From Mycobacteriales bacterium (lineage in GTDB: Bacteria > Actinomycetota > Actinomycetes > Mycobacteriales > QHCD01): a DNA stretch of 64,000 nt. Location of the stretch: assembly GCA_036497565.1 (NCBI GenBank), contig DASXJE010000077.1, positions 13,570 through 77,569 of the forward strand. Reading direction: 5' to 3'. Positions 57,943 to 64,000 of the stretch are shown here, in pieces; position 1 is the stretch's first letter; each line of letters opens with the position of its first letter. The notes under the pieces are model-generated. The model worked only from the letters and a program-made list of their open reading frames with translations. It was not told the DNA's origin and did no database searches. Made by a program: the position numbers and the translations under genes.

Positions 57943-58028
57943 CTTGACCACTCGGACCTCTCGGGGCAGCCGCCGTCGCCCTGCCCGGACCTCCCCCGAG
58001 CGCCGCCTCGGGCCGCGAAGGGACGCTC

Positions 58029-59390
58029 ATGTCCAGCACCACCACCGAGCGACACGCGCTCGAGTCGGAGTTCGAGCACGAGCCGGTCCCGACGACGCAC
58101 CGCCGGTCGCTGCGGTCGGTCTCGGCCGTCTGGTTCGGCTTCCCGATGGTCTTCACCAACGCCGTGTTCGGCGGCACGATCGTCTACGGCCTGGGCCTCT
58201 GGCCGGGCATCGCGGCGATCCTGGCCGGGAACCTCGTGCTGTTCGCCTACGTCGGTGCGCTGAGCTACCTCGCCGGGCGGACCGGCGAGAACTTCGCGCT
58301 CACCGCGGCGCGCACCTTCGGGCGCAGCGGGACGAAGGTCGCCGCGGGGTTCCTCTCGACGGTGGTGATCGGCTGGTTCGCGTTCCAGACCGGGCTGACC
58401 GGGTCCACCCTCCACGAGGCCCTCGGCTGGAACGAGGCGGTCGTCATCCTCGTCGCCGGGGTCCTCTACATCGGGGTCACGTTCATCGGGGTCCGCGCGC
58501 TCACCGTCATCGGGATGGCCGCCGCGCCGCTGTTCGTGGTCCTCGGGGTGGTCGCGCTCGTTCTCGCTGCTCGACCCGGCGCGCTGTCTGCCGCGTCGGC
58601 CTACACCGGCGGTGGCGCCGGGGCGACCGTGCTCAGCATCGGCGCCGCGATCACCATCGTCGTCGCCGGCTTCGCGGACTCCGGGACCATGACCGCCGAC
58701 TTCACGCGCTGGTCGCGCACCGGGCGGGAGGCCGTCCTCGCGGCGTTCTCCGCGTTCCCCGTCGCCAACCTCGTGTCGCTGCTCGTCGGCGGGCTCGTCG
58801 TCGCCATCGGGGCTTCGGCCGACCCGGCGAGCAACGGCGGGGACTTCCTGCCGATCCTGACCTCGCACGGAACCCTGCTCGCCGCGGTCGCGGTGGTGTT
58901 CGTGTTCGTCAACCTCGGGTCGGTGTGCGCGCACTGCCTCTACAACGGCGCCGTGGGCTGGAGCCAGATCACCGGCGGCCGGATGCGGGTCCTGACGATC
59001 GTGCTGGGCGCGGTCGGCGTCGTGGCCGCACTGGCCGGGGTCTGGGAGCACTTCGCGGACTGGCTGAACCTGCTCGGGATCGTCGTCCCGCCGATCGGGG
59101 CCGTGCTCATCGTCGACCAGTTCGGGGTGCGCCGGCTCGCCGCGCGGTCCGACGCCGTCCCGGCGTGGCGGGTCGCGCCGTTCGCGGCGTGGGCACTCGG
59201 CTCGATCGCGGCTGCCGTGGTCCACGTGTGGGCACCGGGGCTCTCGGAGGCCCTTGCCGGTCTCGCCGTGGCCGCGGTCGCCGCCGTGCTCCTGTCGCTG
59301 CTCCCGTCCCGGGCCACGTCGTCACCAGGTGGGTCGGGCACCCCGTCGTCGACCGAGGCCGGGACGGACGACGAGGTCGTGACCCGATGA
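58029..59390 (+). CDS. NCS1-family permease (cytosine/purine/uracil/allantoin type, CodB-like)
   Basis: 453 aa with 12 TM segments. The N-terminal pattern ...VPTTHRRSL.SV.AVWFGFPMV...G is typical of CodB-like permeases. Confidence 0.9.
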   Translation: MSSTTTERHALESEFEHEPVPTTHRRSLRSVSAVWFGFPMVFTNAVFGGTIVYGLGLWPGIAAILAGNLVLFAYVGALSYLAGRTGENFALTAARTFGRSGTKVAAGFLSTVVIGWFAFQTGLTGSTLHEALGWNEAVVILVAGVLYIGVTFIGVRALTVIGMAAAPLFVVLGVVALVLAARPGALSAASAYTGGGAGATVLSIGAAITIVVAGFADSGTMTADFTRWSRTGREAVLAAFSAFPVANLVSLLVGGLVVAIGASADPASNGGDFLPILTSHGTLLAAVAVVFVFVNLGSVCAHCLYNGAVGWSQITGGRMRVLTIVLGAVGVVAALAGVWEHFADWLNLLGIVVPPIGAVLIVDQFGVRRLAARSDAVPAWRVAPFAAWALGSIAAAVVHVWAPGLSEALAGLAVAAVAAVLLSLLPSRATSSPGGSGTPSSTEAGTDDEVVTR

Positions 59391-60847
59391 CCGCCACGAC
59401 CGACCCGACCGCGACCACCTCGAGCACCGCGATGAGCGCCACCGCGATGGCGGCCGCGATCCGGTCCGGTGCCCTGTCCCCGGTCGAGGCCACCGAGGAC
59501 GCGCTCACCCGGGTCGACGCGCTCGACGGGACCCTGCACGCCTTCTGCGAGCTCACCGCCGAGTACGCACGGGCGCAGGCCCGGGCGGTCGGGCAGGCGC
59601 TCGCCCGTGGTGAGGAGGTCGGACCCCTGGCCGGGGTGCCCATCGCGGTCAAGGACCTGATCTCGACGGCCGGCATCCCCACCCGCAGCGGGTCGCCCGC
59701 CTACGAGGACTTCGTCCCGGACGAGGACGACGTGGTGGTCGAGCGCGTCCGCGCGGCGGGCGCGGTGCTCCTCGGCAAGACGACGGTGCCGGAGTTCGGC
59801 TACAGCGCCGTCGGCCACAACCCGATCTCGCCGACGGCCCGCAACCCGTGGGACCCGACGCTGACCCCCGGCGGGTCGAGCGCGGGGTCGGGCGTCGCGG
59901 TCGCCACCGGCATGGCCCCGCTGGCGCTCGGCAGCGACGGCGGCGGCTCGGTCCGCATCCCGGCGGCGCACTGCGGGATCGTCGGGTTCAAGGCCTCGAT
60001 GGGCCGGGTCCCCGCCTATCCGGGATGCCGCGACGAGCGCTACCCCGGCGTCTCGAGCTGGGAGAGCCTCGAGCACATCGGGCCGATGACCCGCACGGTC
60101 GACGACGCCGCGCTGCTCATGTCGGTCCTCGCCGGCCCGGATCCGCGCGACCGGCACTCGCTGCCCGCCGGGGACGTGTCCTGGCTCGACGCCACCCGCG
60201 GCGACGTGCGGGGGCTCCGCGTCGCCTACAGCGCCGACTGGGGCTACCTCGCCGTCGACCCGCAGGTGCGCGAGATCGCCGCGCGGGCGGCGGGGGTGTT
60301 CGCCTCCGAGCTCGGGTGCGAGGTCACCGAGGCCGACCCCGGATGGGACGACCCCTCCGGCTCGTTCTGGGGCATGGTCATGGGCGACACGGACCTGACG
60401 GGCATGCGGGCGATGGTCGCCGAGCACGGCACGCGGATGTCCCCGCATCTGGTGGACCTGATCACTCGGCGCTGGACCGCCGAGGAGCTGACCGACGCGC
60501 AGGTCGTCCGCAAACGGGTCGTCAACCGGATGTGGCGGTTCATGGCCTCCTACGACCTGCTGCTCACCCCGACGCTGACCGTGCCGCCGTTCCCCGTCCA
60601 CATGCAGGGGCCGGAGAAGGTCGACGGCCGGATGGTCCCGCCGTCGGCCTGGCTCGGCTTCACCCAGCCGATGAACATGACCGGGCAGCCCGCGATCAGC
60701 GTGCCCGCCGGGTTCACGCGCGAGGGCCTGCCGGTGGGGCTGCAGATCGTCGGGCGCCACCTCGCCGACGGCGACGTCCTGCGCGCCGCGGCCGCCTACG
60801 AGCAGGCTGCCCCCTGGATCGACCGATACCCGGAGGTGGCCCGATGA
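59387..60847 (+). CDS. amidase-signature (AS) family amidase
   Basis: The ATG at 59387 overlaps the permease stop (ATGA). It has GVPIAVKD and the AS signature GGSSAGSGVAVATGMAPLALGSDGGGSVRIPAA. The 967-aa track ORF is this gene plus an out-of-frame overlap. Confidence 0.9.
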   Translation: MTATTDPTATTSSTAMSATAMAAAIRSGALSPVEATEDALTRVDALDGTLHAFCELTAEYARAQARAVGQALARGEEVGPLAGVPIAVKDLISTAGIPTRSGSPAYEDFVPDEDDVVVERVRAAGAVLLGKTTVPEFGYSAVGHNPISPTARNPWDPTLTPGGSSAGSGVAVATGMAPLALGSDGGGSVRIPAAHCGIVGFKASMGRVPAYPGCRDERYPGVSSWESLEHIGPMTRTVDDAALLMSVLAGPDPRDRHSLPAGDVSWLDATRGDVRGLRVAYSADWGYLAVDPQVREIAARAAGVFASELGCEVTEADPGWDDPSGSFWGMVMGDTDLTGMRAMVAEHGTRMSPHLVDLITRRWTAEELTDAQVVRKRVVNRMWRFMASYDLLLTPTLTVPPFPVHMQGPEKVDGRMVPPSAWLGFTQPMNMTGQPAISVPAGFTREGLPVGLQIVGRHLADGDVLRAAAAYEQAAPWIDRYPEVAR

Positions 60848-62109
60848 CCGACGTCCTGCTGCGCGATGCCCGACTCCCGGACGGGACCGGCCCGGTCGAC
60901 ATCACCGTCGACGACGGCCGGATCACCGGGATCGGGCCGACGGATGCCTCGGCTGGGGCTTCCGGCGCGACCACGGTGATCGACTGTGCCGGATACGCGG
61001 TGATCCCGGGGCTCATCGAGCCCCATCTGCACCTGGACAAGGCGCTGCTCGACGCCGAGGAGCCCAATCCCGACGGCACCCTCGCCGCGGCCATCGAGAT
61101 CACCGGCCGCCTCAAGGCCGCCTTCACGCGCGAGTCGGTGGCCGAGCGTGCCGGGCGCCTGCTCGAGCAGGCCGTCACCAATGGCACCACCGTGATCCGC
61201 GCCCAGCCCGACGTCGACCCGATCGTCGGCCTCACCGGGCTCGAGGCGATGCTCGCGCTGCGCGAGTCCTACGCCGACCTCGTCGACCTGCAGGTCGTCG
61301 CCTTCCCCCAGGAGGGGATCCTGCGCTCGCCGGGCACCGAGGACCTGCTGGTGGAGGGCCTGCGCGCGGGCGCCGACGTCGTCGGGGGCTGCAGCTACCA
61401 GGAGGCCACGCTCGAGGACTGCCGGGAGCACGTCGACCGGGTCTTCGCCCTGGCCGAGCGCTTCGGGGTGCCGGTCGACATCCACGCCGACCTCGCCGAC
61501 GACACCTCCGACCCCCGCTACGCCCTCGCCGAGCACATCGCCGAGGCCACCCGTGCGCACGGCATGGGCGGGCGCGTAACCGTCGGGCACATGACCTCGC
61601 TGGCCGGCCTGGCGCCCGACGCCCGCAAGCGGGTCCTGGGCGAGCTGGCCGACGCGGGCGTCGCGGTGGTCGTCCTGCCGATGACCGACATGCACCTCGG
61701 GGGCCGGAACGACGAGGTCAACGTGCGCCGCGGCATCGCGCCGGTCCGCGCCCTGCTCGACGCCGGGGTGCGCACCGGGCTCTCGTCGAACAACGTCCGC
61801 AACGCGTTCACCCCGTTCGGCATCGCCGACGTCCTCGACGTCGCCCTGTTCCTCGCCCAGACCTCCCACCTCGCCGGGCCCGACGACATGGCCCGACTCG
61901 TCCGGATGGCCACCGACGACGCCGCGGCGATCGTCGGCCGGTCCGACCGGCACGGCCTGCACGTCGGCGCCGACGCCGACCTCGTCGTCCTCGCCGCGCC
62001 CACGCCCACCGAGGCGCTGCTCTCCCGCGCCCACCGCCGCGTCGTGCTCAAGCGCGGCCGGATCGTCGCCACGACCGAACGCACCGTCCAGCTGCACCGT
62101 CGCCGCTGA
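60844..62109 (+). CDS. metal-dependent amidohydrolase, cytosine-deaminase-like
   Basis: The ATG at 60844 overlaps the amidase stop (ATGA). The metal motifs PGLIEPHLHLDKAL, VDIHAD and VTVGHM, plus the D near SSNNVRNAFTPFG, follow a CodA-like layout. Confidence 0.85.
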   Translation: MTDVLLRDARLPDGTGPVDITVDDGRITGIGPTDASAGASGATTVIDCAGYAVIPGLIEPHLHLDKALLDAEEPNPDGTLAAAIEITGRLKAAFTRESVAERAGRLLEQAVTNGTTVIRAQPDVDPIVGLTGLEAMLALRESYADLVDLQVVAFPQEGILRSPGTEDLLVEGLRAGADVVGGCSYQEATLEDCREHVDRVFALAERFGVPVDIHADLADDTSDPRYALAEHIAEATRAHGMGGRVTVGHMTSLAGLAPDARKRVLGELADAGVAVVVLPMTDMHLGGRNDEVNVRRGIAPVRALLDAGVRTGLSSNNVRNAFTPFGIADVLDVALFLAQTSHLAGPDDMARLVRMATDDAAAIVGRSDRHGLHVGADADLVVLAAPTPTEALLSRAHRRVVLKRGRIVATTERTVQLHRRR

Positions 62110-62133
62110 CCCGACCCTCACGAGGGGTACTCC

Positions 62134-62706
62134 ATGCGACTGCGACTCCCGAACGAGATCATCTCCTCGATCCTCGCCGCCACCACCGCCTTCATCGGCG
62201 GCAACGCCCTCAACCTGCCGGTCTGGGGGATCTTCATCGGCTGGGCGGCGACCTTCCTGGCCGGTGGACCGCACCGCGCGACGTTCCTGAAGCTCTGGCC
62301 GACCATGGCCGCCGGCTCGACGTTCGCGCTGGTCATCGTGCTGCTCGACACCGCGCTGAAGCCGACCTCCGGTCAGCTCGCCCAGGACGCCGTCCTCGCC
62401 GTGATCATCCTGGTGGTCAACACCGCGCTGATGTACGCCGGTCGGACGCGGGCGCTCGCGCTGATCCCCGGCATGTTCCTCGGGTTCGCGTCCTACTTCG
62501 CGACGATGTTCGGCGGGTTCGGCTTCGCGCCGCAGAACCCGTGGGCCGCGTGGGCGTCGGTGCTGGTGATGAACGCGCTCGGCCCGATCTTTGCGCTCGT
62601 CGCGCACACGCTCGCCTCCCGCGGCGCCCCCGAGGACGGCGCCCCCGAGGAGACCGCCGTGGCCGCGCCGCCGGCGTCGTCGGGCGATCCGGCCCCGCAG
62701 CACTGA
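62134..62706 (+). CDS. small polytopic membrane protein (DUF1097-like, tentative)
   Basis: 190 aa with a GAGGGG RBS. It has 5-6 hydrophobic helices and an acidic Pro/Ala tail. Confidence 0.6.
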   Translation: MRLRLPNEIISSILAATTAFIGGNALNLPVWGIFIGWAATFLAGGPHRATFLKLWPTMAAGSTFALVIVLLDTALKPTSGQLAQDAVLAVIILVVNTALMYAGRTRALALIPGMFLGFASYFATMFGGFGFAPQNPWAAWASVLVMNALGPIFALVAHTLASRGAPEDGAPEETAVAAPPASSGDPAPQH

Positions 62707-62743
62707 CCCGTCGTAGTGATCAACTCTCCCAGGAGCCTCGTCG

Positions 62744-63457
62744 ATGACCGTTCCCCCGCTCCCCCACCGCCGCACCGGCGGTGTCGGGGTCGAGATCGCC
62801 GCGCATCTCGAGCGCCTCATCGCCACCGGTGAGCTGGCCCCGGGCGCGAGGCTCCCGGCCGAGCGGGAGCTGGCCGGGTCCCTCGCCGTCTCGCGGGGCT
62901 CGGTCCGCGACGCGCTGGGGCACCTGGAGTCGAAGAGCCTCGTCGAGCGGGTGCAGGGCCGCGGCACGGTCGTCTGCCTGCCGCCCGCGCAGGTCGGCGA
63001 GCTCTACGCCGGGCTGGACGAGACCGAGAAGGAGCTCGCCGACGTCGCGGAGCTGCGCGCCGTCGTCGAGCCGCGCATCGCCGAGTTCGCGGCGCTGCGG
63101 GCCACCGCCTCGGACCTACTGCAGCTCGACGACATCCTGGACCGCTCGCACGACGGCGTCGTCACCGGTGACTCGGTGCGCCTGGACATCGAGTTCCACT
63201 CCGCGCTGGCCCGCGCGAGCCAGAACCCGCTGCTCGCGACCGTCAACACGCTCGCCTGCTCCTGGACCCCCGACGTCCGCCGCCGCTCGCACACCACCCG
63301 TCGGGCACGGCGGGTCTCGGTCGAGGGCCATCGGCTGATCCTCACGGCGGTCCGTGCCCGCGACGGCGACGCGGCGCGGGCGGCGATGTCCGACCACCTG
63401 CGCGCCGTCGCCGCCCTGACCCGACTCGCCACCGACGACGGAGAGGCCCACCCATGA
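62744..63457 (+). CDS. GntR-family regulator, FadR subfamily (FCD domain)
   Basis: It has a winged HTH (LPAERELAGSLAVSRGSVRDALGHLESKSLVERVQGRGTVV) and an all-helical FCD-type C-domain (D.EFH.ALARAS.NPLL). Confidence 0.9.
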   Translation: MTVPPLPHRRTGGVGVEIAAHLERLIATGELAPGARLPAERELAGSLAVSRGSVRDALGHLESKSLVERVQGRGTVVCLPPAQVGELYAGLDETEKELADVAELRAVVEPRIAEFAALRATASDLLQLDDILDRSHDGVVTGDSVRLDIEFHSALARASQNPLLATVNTLACSWTPDVRRRSHTTRRARRVSVEGHRLILTAVRARDGDAARAAMSDHLRAVAALTRLATDDGEAHP

Positions 63458-64000
63458 CACCGGCCCCAACCATGGACCCCGAACGCATCGCGAAGGCCCT
63501 CGCCGCCGTCCCACCGGTGGACCGCGCGGACGTCTCCGGTCACCACGTGCCGTCGACCCCGGAGACCGTCTCCTGGGGCTGGATGCCCTCGGTCACCGAC
63601 GGTCCGGTACTCGAGGTCGCCCCGGGCTCCGTCGTCTCCGTCGACACCGTGAGCCACGAGGGGATCCTGGGCGACCAGGGGCGCGACCCGGTCCGGTTCT
63701 TCGGCGGGTTCGGGATTCCCGAGGACGGGGTGCTCACCGACGCGGCCGCGATCGCGACGTCGACGCTCCCCCACGACCCGGCCGCCGACGGACCCCACGT
63801 CGTCACCGGCCCGATCGCGGTGACCGGCGCCCGGCCCGGCGACGTCGTCTCGATCACCGTGCTCGACCTCGTCCCCCGCGTGCCCTACGGGATCGTCTCC
63901 ACGCGGCACGGCCTCGGGGCCCTGCCCGGCGAGGTCGTGGGGCAGGAGCCGGTGTTCAGCGCGTTCTGCCTGATCGAGGACGGCGTCGGGTCGATCGCCC
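63454..64000 (+). CDS. acetamidase/formamidase-family protein (3' end beyond window)
   Basis: The ATG at 63454 overlaps the GntR stop (ATGA) and the frame stays open to the window edge. ...TVSWGWMP...APGSVVSVDTVSHEG...GPHVVTGPIAVTGARPGDVV matches the FmdA/AmdA family. Confidence 0.8.
   Translation, partial: MTPAPTMDPERIAKALAAVPPVDRADVSGHHVPSTPETVSWGWMPSVTDGPVLEVAPGSVVSVDTVSHEGILGDQGRDPVRFFGGFGIPEDGVLTDAAAIATSTLPHDPAADGPHVVTGPIAVTGARPGDVVSITVLDLVPRVPYGIVSTRHGLGALPGEVVGQEPVFSAFCLIEDGVGSIA

Noticed and set aside
57705-58028. Riboswitch (TPP or purine) in the 325-nt leader of the NCS1 permease
   Set aside because: I could not find the conserved CUGAGA/ACCUGAUCUGGAU-type TPP core or a purine-riboswitch three-way junction signature by eye. 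A covariance-model scan would be needed to exclude one fully.
57944-60847. 967-aa plus-strand ORF
   Set aside because: Its first 480 codons or so overlap the NCS1 permease out of frame and are Arg/Pro/Gly-rich. Only the part from ATG 59387 (amidase) has homology. The same reasoning trims the 753-aa ORF 59848-62109 to 60844-62109.
60796-62967. 723-aa minus-strand ORF
   Set aside because: It is antisense to the amidohydrolase, membrane-protein and GntR genes, has low-complexity Arg/Gly/Asp composition, and shows no family signature.

Overview
High-GC actinobacterial chromosome segment with about 65 intact protein genes, one tRNA, and no rRNA or CRISPR array. Two compositionally different blocks meet at a tRNA-Pro(GGG) gene (44486-44562, minus strand).

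Left block (1-44.4 kb). My hand counts of single 60-nt lines give mostly about 58-68% G+C. It looks accessory and contains:
- a flotillin-like gene;
- a WS/DGAT acyltransferase with an extra N-terminal ACT-like domain, in an operon with a UbiE-like methyltransferase and a membrane protein;
- a complete ureABCFGD urease cluster without ureE, followed by an IS256-family transposase remnant;
- an EamA exporter and GlxA/AraC regulator pair, a tandem-domain muconolactone-isomerase-like protein, and a large LuxR (LAL) regulator;
- a translationally coupled operon: hydrolase, sulfite-oxidase-like Mo enzyme, FNR-like reductase, internally deleted UBP zinc finger;
- a probable cell-envelope modification cluster: GT-C-like membrane protein, small membrane protein, membrane-anchored Mo oxidoreductase, methyltransferase, DUF2064, GT2, divergent epimerase, adjacent OmpR/HK pair;
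- a methyltransferase with a 15-proline run;
- a Cys-type sulfatase;
- at least seven gene remnants: IS256 transposase, ECF sigma, panD, flavodoxin-like, PD40, ATP-dependent DNA ligase, UBP finger.

Right block (44.6-64 kb). Sampled lines give about 72-77% G+C. It contains:
- intact core synteny parA-like, scpA, scpB, rluB, cmk, der, plus a second LAL regulator;
- an IclR / aromatic-acid MFS / benzoylformate-decarboxylase-like module;
- an overlapping-codon operon: NCS1 permease, amidase, cytosine-deaminase-like amidohydrolase, small membrane protein, GntR, formamidase (cut by the window edge).

No clear defence, toxin or biosynthetic novelty was recognised. The best leads are the tRNA-bounded compositional block, the uncharacterised envelope cluster, the ACT-WS/DGAT fusion and the amide/N-heterocycle operon. 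All family calls come from motif recognition by eye, and no database search was run.
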